From: the human T2T-CHM13v2.0 reference genome, Homo sapiens
Strand: one strand, 5' to 3'
DNA: 64,000 nt
Assembly: GCF_009914755.1 (NCBI RefSeq)
Contig: NC_060934.1
Made by a program: the position numbers and the translations under genes. Positions 1 to 12,162 of this stretch are shown here, piece by piece (the stretch's first letter is position 1; the number at the start of each line of letters is the position of its first letter). The notes below the pieces were generated by a model. The model made no database searches. It was given only the letters and a program-made list of their open reading frames with translations, and was not told where the DNA came from.

Positions 1-907
1 GGTGAAAGAGGAGGAGGAGGAGTGTGTTTACAAATGCAGCTGAATATGTCTAGAATATCTCTGCAATATGCCCCCAAATCAACTAGGAGTGGCCACTGCC
101 CCTGGGGAGGGGAGCCACAACCAGGATGGTCTGCATATGCTTTGGTATCTCCTAGGTTTTTCCTTTGAAAACTTTTATCCTATTGCCTTGGGTGGTGGGA
201 TAAGAGCTATTTAAATATGTTAATCCATAGCAGTAGAATAATAGAATAAGTGCAGAGCCTGATTTCAAAATCTGAAATCCTGGGTTTCTTTGGCCAGCAA
301 AATAAATATGACACAAAAGCCTATTCATGTACATCAAAATCAAGTCTGTGCCAAAACTCTACTTGCTTAACATAAAGTCTGGCAGGGGAGATGCAGAAAT
401 CCCTTGCCTGAAGATCAGATGGAAATTTCTAGTTTAAACTCCCAGTCATTGTGAAGCCAACTTTCAAACTCACTTGGGGCTGGAGGGTAACACAAGATCT
501 CAAGTGTTTTCCAAATCCAAGCAGGATCCAAGCTGGGAGATCCACCGTGGAAGAGAAGAACCACCAAACCTCCAGGTTAGTCTTGAGGATCCACTGGTCC
601 TCCCACCACACCCAATGGGATGGCTGTTTTGAGCCCCCCTCACTTGTGAAAGATTGTGTTGTCAGTCTTAGCTAACAGCCTTAGTTGACAGAGCAAGCCC
701 TGTTGTCCAACTGGCCTCCCCTTCTCAGGTTTCTACATCTCCTCTCCTACCCTAGCCCTGCATGGGCAGGGGTCATCCAGCCTCAAGACCAACAGAGCCA
801 GACACTCACACAGCCAGGCCTTGGGAACACCTGGGGTGAGCTCCAGAACAGGGTCCTGCCGCTGCTCCCCAGCCCAGTGCTGGGGTCACTTTCCTCCAGT
901 AAGATCC

Positions 908-1273
908 TATTAAAAAAAAATTAGACAAAAATGTAACACAGTTTATTTGAGTAGTAAAGGATTCATGGATCGGGCAGCACAAAAAACCAAAAGAGGTTCA
1001 GAGAACTCTGCTCCAGCAGCACAGGCAGCAAGCTTTTATGGGCTGAATGTGGAAGTAAAGAAAAGAAATTACTTAAATGACTACAGCTGTGTGTTTGCCT
1101 TATTTGCATATGCTCTGATGGTAGGTAAGTCCCTAGTTAGAGGTTGGTTGGTGGTGACTGATGAGTTAAGTTTTGTTTTACTGTTTCCATCAGGCTTCAG
1201 TTGCTTACATATTATAGGAACCCACAGGACTGCAGCCAGTTCAACCTAAGGCCTCCCAGTTAAATTTTTAACA
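908..1273 (-). mobile_element. ERV1-class solo LTR (MER4-group, MER67-like)
   Basis: Minus strand starts tgttaaaaatttaactgggaggccttaggttg, a typical LTR TG start; minus-strand AATAAA near 943-948; subfamily from memory. Confidence 0.6.
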
Positions 1274-1388
1274 GTCCCAAAAAGTGGAACCCTTGAAGCC
1301 CATAAAAGCTGGGGATAGAGAGAGGAGGGGGGACAGAGAGACTCAAAGCTGGTGTGCCCCCAGGGAATAGTTTACCTTCGTGTATGTG

Positions 1389-1470
1389 TGGATTTACGTT
1401 TCTCAGACAGTTTGGTCTTCAGAGCAAAGACCCAGAGATCCAGGGTCACATTTGGCCACTGCAGGACTTT
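1389..1470 (+). repeat. Dispersed direct repeat, copy 1 (copy 2 at 2739-2820)
   Basis: 76/82 identical, ungapped; 51-bp perfect core 1416-1466 = 2766-2816. Confidence 0.95.
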
Positions 1471-1984
1471 CCCCAATGGATCAACCCAAAGGATGTTGCT
1501 TTCCTCTGACTTGGCAACTACTAGGGCTGAAGGCAGGTTGAAAAGGAGCCATAGAGGATGCAAAGGGTTCCAGGCTTGACCAAGAGAATACAGGTGGATA
1601 AGAGGATGTGCAGCTGAAGAAGCCAGTGGTTTCTGCAGGATGGAAGGTGGGTGGGACGTGGGACACGGGGGTGGTGGTCAAGCCCAGGCATGCTGGGTTA
1701 AGGTACTAGGCATGTTAGGATGATCAGGGGAAGATATTCAGCAAGAATCAGAAAAGTAGAAGGCAGCTGCCCAGCAGCCACCTTGACTGGTGTGGACTGA
1801 GCTCTGGGAGGAGTGACTGTGTGGCCACCTCTGGCACGGTGCACTGGGACAGAGCAGGGCCCCAAGGGTGATCCCCTCCTCAGTCTGCCTCTCCCTGCCT
1901 TCCTTCTACCTGGATCACCCCAAAACAAGGAGCAGGAGGTAGAAGCAGAGAAGCCTGAGCCTGAATCCCACATGGCCACTGCTG

Positions 1985-2345
1985 GCCTCTCTGAGGCTCA
2001 GTTTCTGTGCTCATACAATCGGCGTAAAACACCTTCCCCCAGAAGAGTGTGAGAGTTAAACCAGACGATGTATTTCAAAGCATAGTGCCCAGCACTTAAT
2101 AACAGCTTCACAAAGATTTAATTATTATTCAATCATTAGCTGCTGCATAGTGGTTAAGAGGAAGAATTCTGGAGCCAGACAGTGTGGGCTCAAATCCTCT
2201 AGGAGTCGATCTCAGTTTTCATGGCTCTGTGTCTCAGTCTCCACATCTGTAAAATGGGGTAGTTGTGAGGATTAAATGAGCGACTACATGACAGAAATTC
2301 AGGGCAGTGCCTCTACATGAGTGCCACCTAAGTGTGAGGTAGTGT
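1985..2345 (+). mobile_element. Two adjacent MIR fragments
   Basis: MIR core motifs: ctcagtttc, catctgtaaaatgggg, gtgaggattaaatgag, gcatagtggttaagag. Confidence 0.7.
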
Positions 2346-2431
2346 TACCAAACTGTGCTTTCACTCCTGAGAAGTCAGTCAGACAAGGGCTTTAGTGAGA
2401 AGAGGTCACCTCCCACCATCTCAATATAAAA

Positions 2432-2552
2432 AACGGTATGATGGCCAAGCCTGTGGTTCCAGTTACTTTGAAGGCTGAGGCGAAAAGATTGCTTGAGCAC
2501 AGGAGTTCAAAACTAGCCAGGGCCATATAGAGAACCCATTTCTAAAAAATAA
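2432..2552 (+). mobile_element. Diverged Alu monomer (FLAM-like)
   Basis: aggctgaggcg...gcttgagcacaggagttcaaaactagcc followed by an A-rich end. Confidence 0.75.
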
Positions 2553-2738
2553 TATAATTTTTCAATGTTAAAAAGATAATATGGCCTTCCTTTTCTCTCT
2601 CACCAGTTTTTAAATGAAATTGGGCTGTTTGGCTAAAGGCCCTACTTTTCCTTCCCTTCCTCTTCGTGGGAACATCCGAGTGTGTCCTTGGCTCAGTGGG
2701 GACATGGCCAGGCCCCCAGCAGCCTGCTTCCTCCAGAC

Positions 2739-2820
2739 TGGATTTCTGTTTATCAGACATTTTGTTCTTCAGAGCAAAGACCCAGAGATCCAGGGTCACA
2801 TTTGGCCACTGCAGGATTTT
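2739..2820 (+). repeat. Dispersed direct repeat, copy 2
   Basis: Matches 1389-1470 at an offset of exactly 1350 bp. Confidence 0.95.
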
Positions 2821-4524
2821 AGAAGGAACGTTCAAGCAAGACCTAACGTTGAGCCATCACAGAACATCCTCAATGCAGGCCCTGAAAGGCCCTGGCACTT
2901 TGCGATCAGGGAAGCCTGCCCATCCCAGCACTCGGGGAGCTTGCTGTCCAGAACAGGGGCCTTTTAGGGAGAAAATAAAAGCACCAACGTTTATCCCCAA
3001 ACATAGCCATGCCATGTGAGAATCAATCTGCCCAGATAGGAGGGGGTCAAAATTCAGAAACACAGCCTCTGAAAAGCTGCCTGGCCATCTGTGGGGAAGA
3101 AATCAGAACAGACAGAACAGTCTGGGATAGGGGAGGAGAGAAGGAGCCTCATTATCTGCTGATCAAAGGGCAGAGGTAGAGAAAGAGCAGTGAAAACATC
3201 TCAGAGTGGAGAAGAAAGGGCTGCTGGGAGGACTCCGTGTGTGTCTTGCCTTTGGGGAGGGCAGAGTTACCCTGACAACCCCACGGGACAGCAGGGATGA
3301 AGTCAGGGGAAAGGGGATGTCAGGTTTGTTAATAACAAGCCCTCAACACTGAAGCCACATCTGAGTGAGGTGGAGAGAAGGCATGTCCTGGGATGAGGTG
3401 GAAACAGCATGCCCTAAGCCCTGGACACTGGCTTCGAAATTCCTGGGCTCATCTTCTTGGCCCCTCGGGGGCCTAATCCCGAAACACTGTGACAAATCGG
3501 CTCTAAACTCCAAGGCATTCCAGCCAAATCTAATCCACACGGAATGTCTGCTGTGCAGCTGAGCCACAGCACACGAGGTTTGGGGATTTAATGACTGGTG
3601 TCACGAGGCCCCATCATGTGTGCTGCCCCTCTGAAGAGGCCCAACTCCAAATGCTGGGGATTTGAGGGAAAGAAATAAATTAGGATCAGAGTCTTGGGCA
3701 GGTAAAGGGCTGTCAGGCCAAGATTGTAAATACACCCCCTGCAGGCTGGCCACATTAAAAGGAGAAGACACTGCACAAGTTTTTCAGAAACTACAGAGGA
3801 TGACAGCCTCAAGTGTTTGGAGCAGGAAGAAGGATGACTTTGTTCTACTGTGGTCTGTCCATATTTCACGGCCATATTTACCATGAGGCCAGTGTCTCTG
3901 GTTCTCAGAATGCCTGGCTGCACCCCCTCCCTCCCCGTGCTGGTCCAGCCTCAGTGCACCCGGCAGCCTCTTCCGCACCACTCAATATCTGGTCTCTTCT
4001 TCATACGGGGCCCCCATCCTGCCTCTGTGTGCCTTTGCCCCTGTACTTCCTTCTACCTGGGGGTCACTTCCCCTCCCCCAGAGATACCCACATTTCCCCA
4101 CTTAGACCCTTCCTTGGTGTTGAGAGAACTGGACGAAATAGTATATGCAAGGTGCCCAATGGGGGATGGAAATGGCGACTCAGAAAGCCCGGGGGTGCTC
4201 CCCCGCACCAGGATTACTGCCAGGAGAGGGAGGGGGGAGGCTCAGGGCGGAGTGTGCCTGAGATTTATGGGAAAGTACATCAGACTTCTTAAAAAGCAGC
4301 TGAAAATGCCCCAGCTCGAGAGCAGGAAAGGGAACCCCCAGTCCAGGGGAAAGGGGGAGCTGGGGGCCAAGAAGGGGCCAAGCTCTGAGACTGACAATAG
4401 GTTTCCCTCCACAGACTGGGCGGCTGTCCCAGGCTCTCAAGCACAGAGAAACACAGCGAAGCTGAAGTTGAAGAAGTAGCTACAGTTTCCGGGCCTCAAA
4501 CAATGGCAATTAAAAACAAAAAAA

Positions 4525-4700
4525 CTTTTTATTTGAAAATAATTATAGATTCACAGGAAGTGGCAAAAACAGTGCAGACTGGCCCCGTGTACCCTTTGCC
4601 TAGTTTCCCCCGACGTTTACATCTTACGTCACGAAAGTACAACATCAAAACCAGGAAACTGACGTTGGGACAATCCGCAGACCTTATTCAGATTTCAGCA
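4525..4700 (-). mobile_element. Old L1M (L1MC/MD-like) 3' fragment
   Basis: ttttatttgaaaataattatagattcacaggaag...aaaaccaggaaactgac resembles an antisense L1M 3' end. Confidence 0.6.
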
Positions 4701-5072
4701 ATGGCGTTTTAGTCACCCGAAAGGGCTCTCAAACACGATATGACCAGGAATCCCAGCTGTGCTCTCCAGAAGGATCCGCCACGCTTGCCAATCCACACCA
4801 CGGCGGTTCCGAAAGCTGCCTCCCCTCTGCCATCCATTCCTAAGGCAAGTGGGAAGAAACGTCACCTCCCGCTCCACAATTTCTCAGGGAAGCCGAGGAG
4901 GCCAGCGTGACGGGGGAGCAGAGTGGACATCCCAGGACACAGCTGCGCCTGCCTGCTCTTTCCCTGTGCTCTGGCGGCCTGTCCTGGGCCTTACACCAAC
5001 GCGATGAACAGGGGAAACGGGGTGCTGAGCCTCTGCGTGAAAGGGGGCTTGTTTAGTCTCCTACCTGCCCGC
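4581..5072. promoter_or_regulatory. CpG-enriched patch (weak CpG island-like)
   Basis: About 27 CpG counted by eye in ~490 bp; CRE-like TTACGTCA at 4624-4631. Confidence 0.4.
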
Positions 5073-5090
5073 TTAGAAAATGTTCTCAAA

Positions 5091-5326
5091 GGTCAGGCAC
5101 GGTGGTTCATGCCTGTAATCCCAGCACTTTGGGAGGCCAAGGCGGCTGGATTGCTTGAGGCTAGGAGTTCGAGAGCAGCCTGGCCAACATGGCAAAACCC
5201 CGTCTCTACTAAAAAAAACAAAAAAATTAGCCGGGCACGGCGGCACATGCCCGAGATCCCAGCTATTCGGGAGGCTGAGACACGAGAATCGCTTGAACCC
5301 GGGAGATGGAGGTTTTGGGGAAAAAA
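5091..5326 (+). mobile_element. Alu lacking the last ~60 nt of the right arm
   Basis: Alu body ends at ggaggtt, then a short A-run; TSD agaaaatgt(t/c)ctca at 5075-5088 and 5327-5340. Confidence 0.9.
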
Positions 5327-5354
5327 AGAAAATGTCCTCAGAGTCTGCCCTGCC

Positions 5355-5520
5355 ATCACCTTGAGAGTGACCTGTGCCCCAGTTTTCTCATCTGTGTAGT
5401 GGGGTTAAGAACAGAACCCACCTCGTAGGTTGATTAGGCAGGTTCAGTAGGGTGATATTTGTAAAGAGCTTGGAACATGCCAGGTGCATAATAACTGTAC
5501 ATATGTGTTTGATAAATTAA
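5355..5520 (+). mobile_element. MIR fragment
   Basis: cagttttctcatctgtgtagtgggg...gtaaagagcttggaacatgcc. Confidence 0.65.
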
Positions 5521-6327
5521 TCAAAATAAAATACAATATCTGTAAACGATTTCACAGGAGAGCAAAGCTAGTGCTAAGGCTTTTCCAAATAGCCTGGAGT
5601 GTGTGAGGCTTTTGGAAGCATGGAGGTCTTTGACAGAGCATTTAATTTATATGGGGGACGCTTTTTGCGTGCAAAATTGATTTGATATGCAAATAAACTG
5701 GAGTTGATTGAAGATTATTAACCACATGCTCTGAATAGTGGTTGTGTTTGAGAAAAAAACATCAGTCCTCCCTCCCAAGGGCCTTGTTAATAAGTCAGGT
5801 TTTTCTCCCCGGTCCCTGCCCTCCTCCCTTGCTGGTTTCTCAACACCTAACCATGCCAGGTCTATAAAGTAATTGCAGGTATATTTGCAAGGCCGGGGCT
5901 GGATTTGAATGTACGTTCAACACTCCCTCATTTCATTTTTAGAAATTCTGCAGGGTCTGAAAAGGACACAGGCAGAACGTTACTGAGGCTTCTAACAATG
6001 AAATGAGGAGGCCTTTCAGTGGTCATGGTGCGACAATCGGCCAGAACTCTGACCCCAGGGCAGGAGGTGCCCTAGGGGCACATTTAATGGTTGAGGCTTG
6101 CTGGAAAGGCCCGCACTGCCCTCTCAGCTGGGCTACACTCTCCCTGGGGCCATTCAGGGAAAGTCAGAAATCTCTTTCTCCCCAGACCGCAGCAGCTGGG
6201 CCAGAGAAATGGGAGGTTAAACAGATTACAGGCTCAACAGCAGGGAGCTCCTAATGGACCCTATTCAAGGGGACATGAGGCCCTAGGATTTTGTACTTTA
6301 TTATGGTGATCGAAAAGGAACGCTGAA

Positions 6328-6925
6328 CTTTTTTTTTTTTTTTTTTTTTTTGTGGTAAGATGTCTATAACACAAAATGTAGCACTTTAACCATTTTTGGG
6401 TGTACATTTCAGTGGCATTAAGTACATTCATAATGTTGTGCAACCATCACCACTATCTCTTTCCAAAAATCTTTTCATCACCCCAAACGGAAAGTCTGTA
6501 TCCATTAAGCAATATCTGTCCATTCCTCCCTTCCCCGCAGCCTCTGGTAAACTATAATCTGTGTTCTATCTCCGTGAATATGTCTACTCTAGATGTTTCA
6601 TATAAGTGGAATCTTACAATATTTGTCATTTTGTGGTTGGTTTATTTCACTTCGCATAATATTTTTAAGACTCATCGGTGTTATCACACGTATCAGAATT
6701 TCCTCCCTTTTTAAGACTGAATAATCCTTTGTAGGGGTATGTCACATATCTGATGAAGAATTGAAAGCAAGCACTCAGACGTGTACTTGTACACCAAGTA
6801 CGTGTCTTGGTTACTGCAAATAGTGCTGGTATGAGTGCTGGTGCACAAGTACTTGTCTGAGTCCTTGCCTCCAATTCTTCATTGTATATGCCTGTGAGTA
6901 GAGTTGCTGGATCACATGGTAAGGA
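6328..6925 (-). mobile_element. L1MB-like 3' fragment with an internal inverted segment
   Basis: Poly-T, then ttaaccatttttgggtgtacatttcagtggcattaagtacattcataatgttgtgcaaccatcacc, typical of antisense L1MB. Confidence 0.85.
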
Positions 6926-8084
6926 AAGCTACAAGTTTGCACTAAAGCTTTGCTTTCCTGGCTAAGGCCAGTTCTAGCCCACCTGACAGGAGCCACGCGA
7001 GCCACACATCACATGGCCCATGTTTCCAGAACTCAGTCACGTGCATAGTAATTTGCACCTTTGTTGTAATGGCACATACCTTCTGCCTTAACAGCAGGAT
7101 CAATGAGAAAACTGAACAAGGTGAGGCAGGAAGTGAGGATGCACATCTCCACATGGGAAGCCTCAGGTACCAGGACCTTGCACAAAAGTGGGGACAGAAG
7201 GGTCCCCTGGTGGAGAGTGACTCATGTACTCCTTAGAAGGTACTGACATTTGTTTTTAAATGGTTATTATCCTGCCAGCACTGCCTGGCTTTTTTTCCCC
7301 ATTGAGGTTTAGGACAGGTTTTTGAAACTTCATTCATTCATACACCATTTCATCACGTAGGCTGAGGAGTCACCCTCTGTCTGTCACTGAGCACAATCAC
7401 TCCGGCACTTCCTGGACAGGGCATTCTTCCAGGTATTTGGAGATAATCCCATTGCCTTCACTTGCACCATGAAGATTAAAATAGTTAATTGATTGCAGCT
7501 AGAACACAGCCTGCACATCAATGCTCAGTGAATGCTCCTATTGTGGGGATGAATATTATTTAAGGGATACAAACAGAAGGCCAGAGCTCTGTTTTCATGC
7601 AGCTCACAGTCTAGGAGAGCTTGTTTCTGGCCCAGAGTTGAAGAATGTTTCAGGAATCACAGGAGATGTGACATTTGTGCTGGATCTGGAACATGGGTGG
7701 GATCTGGTGGGCATAGATGGAGATGAAGCCCGGCTGCAGGGAGTCGAGGAGTCCTGGGGCTGGAGCTGGGGAAGGTGCATGCATCTGAGTGGCCGGAAAC
7801 TTGTCAGAAAGGAAGATTCCCTGGGTTCACCCCCAGAGGGTCCCATTCAGGTGTGGAGTGGAGCCAGGAACGTACAATTCTAAGCAGTTCTTCAGGGGAC
7901 CCTGGTGCAGGGGGTGCTCGGATGAGATTTGGGGGTTGCTTGCCAGGTTGGAGGAGGTAGAGTTAGGAAGAATCAAGCTCAGATGAGTCAAGACTTCATA
8001 TGGTCTTGAATCAGAGTGAAGGTGGGAATGGGAACAGAAGCGCCAGAGAGAGAAAATAACTTCAACCCCCAAACTTAGGATGAT

Positions 8085-8780
<696 letters not shown>

Positions 8781-10019
8781 CATGCTATCTGAGCAGATAC
8801 ACTGATTCACTTTATGAGTAAAATCTGACTTTTCCTTCATTCTACCATGGAAAATGTAGTCAGTGGTCCCAACCAAAGAGTGCTGCGGTGTGTTTTAAGT
8901 ACATTATTTTGAAGGTAGTTGCTCAGGACCTCTGCAGGAGACTTCTGCCAAAAATTCAAGAGAAATCATGCCCAATGTGTAAAAGATATGCAGAATGCAT
9001 AACCATGCACACATGAGATGTACACAGTCTCTCTCTTCCCTAGCAGACAGAGTTGTCTTGAGGGAGGTCCGGCATCAAAGCCGTTTCCCTCTCTTGTTTT
9101 TACTGGCATGAGAGAGCAGGAGGTGGAAAGGAAGAACAGCAGGCTTTGGGGGACCCTCCGAGCAGAGCCAGTGCTCTGATTTGCAGCAAAGAAGAGAAGA
9201 GAATCCTGGGTGATGGAGGCCAGCCCAGATGCCTCCAGGATGTGGCTTAGGGAGCTTGGTCTTGCCACTGGCCCCTCAATCTCAGGGACTCACGCTCCCT
9301 TTTCTCTGAAGGGAGCACAGCAAAGGAATCCATCCCAAACCAAGATGCAAGGCTGAGGAAAGCAAGCTAACAGCCTGGCTTCTCCCTCAGCTCCAGCCCT
9401 CATGGCAGATGCTCAACTGCCCCGGGAGCTGGCCAAGACAAACAGCTCAGGGGACTTTCAAAGCAGCCTCTAAAAGCCATGTGCACACAGCACCAGGTTC
9501 CTGCGCCTACCCGAAGGTGTGATAACTCTACCCACCACCTGGCTAGATGCCAGTCCCCCACTCCGACTCCCGTTTCCAGAGGTGGGCTTCTCCACGAAGG
9601 AATACGATCAGGAATATTAGTTTAGCTGCTGGGGCTAGAATGCTAGAAAGCTTGGGTGGCTAGAAAGAATCGGTGTGTTTTCTTTTTCTTTCCGCTTTGT
9701 AGGATGCAAGCTCTGATGAAAGGGGGAACTTTGATCCTGCTCTCACTCAGCCATCCACAGGGAAGGAAAAGCCAAGGAGACACCTAGAGCCAGTAAAGCC
9801 GGAGCCTGCCATGGGTGGAACAGAGTCAGCAGAATGCAGGCTCCTCTGGAAGTGGAAAGAGATTGTTGCCTGGGGCTTACTGAACCCTCCAGAAGGTTCC
9901 ATTTTAAGAACCATCATGCCTTCAGGTTCTGCTTTGGCCCCAGAAGCCCAGAGAAACCCTGGCTGTGCAGTCTTCATTTCAGAGGTTCTCGAGCACTACT
10001 AAAATGGCTTGGTTTGACC

Positions 10020-10190
10020 CACATTTATTGAGTCATTCAGTGTTCACTGAGTGTGTTCTCTGTGTGTAGAGCTTGTTCCTGTGTAGAGGAGGTCCAAACC
10101 CAGCACCAGGTCCAGTTCCCCATGAATAGAAGATACTAAATAAGTGTCTGTTGAACACACAAATGAATGAATGAATGAATGGATGAATGA
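10020..10190. mobile_element. L2 3'-end remnants with (ATGA)n
   Basis: aataagtgtctgttgaa...atgaatgaatgaatg is the L2 terminal signature. Confidence 0.55.
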
Positions 10191-11884
10191 GAGAAACTTT
10201 GTCTTCAAGAAATTCACAATCCATTTCGGATGGCCAGACATACACATGAAAGGTTCGTTGCATGAAATATTGTGAAAAGGAGTTTATGGTGAAGAGTCAA
10301 AGTCCATATGGATGGCACAAGCTTGTGCAAAAGAGTGATGCTGTTGGTTGACCGAAGAAAAGCTTAGTGAGAGGATTTAACCTTAAAGGACTTGGAAGAT
10401 GGAATGTGGGGAAGGGATGAGAGAAGGCAGAGGAGAATGCAAACAAGCAGGGCATGTTGGGGAGATAAGAGTGGCACAGTCTGGAGGAGCAGGTGGGGAG
10501 AAGAACCACGAGAGATGGCATTAGGAGGACAGCCAGGGCAAGAGAACACAGTGTTCTATCAGTAGGAGACACTTGAAAGGCTTTGGGGTATGCTACAAGA
10601 CATGCAAAATAGATTTTATGTAGATTATGCTAATGTAATATACAAGATAGACTGGAAAGAGAAAGAAATGGAAGGGAGGAAGCCAGTTGAGGTGACAGTG
10701 ATGAACTTTGGGCAGGTCTCAGACTCCTTTGAGAACTATAAGCCCTCTCCTCACCAAAATAAATCTATACACACACAAAAGTGTGCATATGATCTCAAGG
10801 GGTGTTTTGCAGCCCTAAACCCTATTTATAGACTTCCTAGGATCCTGGCTTCCCTGGGTAAGTACCTCTCTGTGGGAGAATTGCACTTTTCAGAATGCCT
10901 CCCTATGTGCCAAGCTGGATTCTTTATAGAGAGTTTTGAGAATGATTTTACATGAGGATTGAAAGAGGCAGAGCAGATACTAAGGCTTTATTTATGCTGA
11001 GGGGCTAAGCACAGGATGCTCAGAGAATAATCCACGGCGGGAGCAGTCACCTCAACCGTCAGTGCCTACGAGCAAGGTTGGGGTCCAAACCAGAAACATC
11101 ACATCATAGCTGGAAACTGAACATACCAAGGGCTCCTCTACCATCAGCCTGAAACCCAGCATGGAGCAACACACTCAGTGACATTGGGTAAAAATATATC
11201 ACTTTAGTAAAAAGGAGGACGTGATAAGAGTTATGCATTTTAAAAGGCAAAATATTTTCTTTTTGGTATTCCATAAATATCACTCTAGGTAAATACTTTG
11301 TCTCAAATGGGATACATGGTTTTTTTTTTTGGCGGGGGAGGGGTACAGGGGTGGTTTTGGTTTTTTTCCTGAATAGCCAAAAAAATCTCTATAGACTTTT
11401 GGTTGTGGTTTAACGTGTACTCCCATGTCACAGATGGCACTGGGGAGAATAGTGTAGTATGTGGTGTGCCAAGACACTAATTAGTATGTAAGGATTTACT
11501 TGAAAAAGACATGAAATAGTTCATATGTAAACCCACAAAAAATGGGTGAGAAAAGACCAATAAAGTAGAGTTATATACATACAAACACACAGATACAAAG
11601 ATCAAATGAATCGTGTGCTTGCTTTTTTATTTGATTTTTCCCTTTTTCTTCTGTTTCAGAGGCTTGGGGGCATATCACCTCAGAGAGAAAGAGAAACTCC
11701 TACGGGGTTTGAATCGATCATCAAGAAGCTATTTTAGTTTCATCTACTATGAAAGCCTGTGGGGTCTCACCCCTTCTGGATTGCTGAGGAAGGTTGTTCT
11801 GAACACGCCGGGGAGTGAGAGAGAGTGAATAGGCAGGAGAACGTCAGGATCTCCAGACTTTTAGACAAGGAGGCCCTGGGGCAC

Positions 11885-12162
11885 AAAAAATAGTCCGAAT
11901 GCATAAGACCTAGTATTTGCTAGCACAACAGGGTGACTCCCCTCAAAAATGATTGAATCGTACATTTAAAAATCGCTAAAGAGTATAACTGGATTGTTTG
12001 CAACACAAATGATAAATGCTTGAGGGGATGGATACTCCATTTACTCTGCTGTGATTATCATGCACTGCACGCCTGTATCAAAATATCTCATAAAACCCAT
12101 AAATATATCCACCTACTATGTACTCACAAAAATTAAAAATAAAAAATTATATTAAAAAAAGA
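11885..12162 (+). mobile_element. L1MA-like 3' end with A-tail
   Basis: ataaatgcttgaggggatggatac...tactatgtactcacaaaaattaaaaat; imperfect TSD aga(c/a)aaggaggc(c/t)ctg at 11863-11878 and 12163-12178. Confidence 0.85.

Noticed and set aside
1352-3019. ORFs sharing the peptide FRAKTQRSRVTFGHCR, suggestive of paralogous exons
   Set aside because: Explained by the 82-bp DNA repeat; no known protein similarity or consistent exon structure
3813-4479. Longest ORFs (209 aa and 159 aa, overlapping)
   Set aside because: Non-ATG starts, no recognisable domain, and Pro/Gly/Arg-rich composition expected by chance in GC-rich DNA
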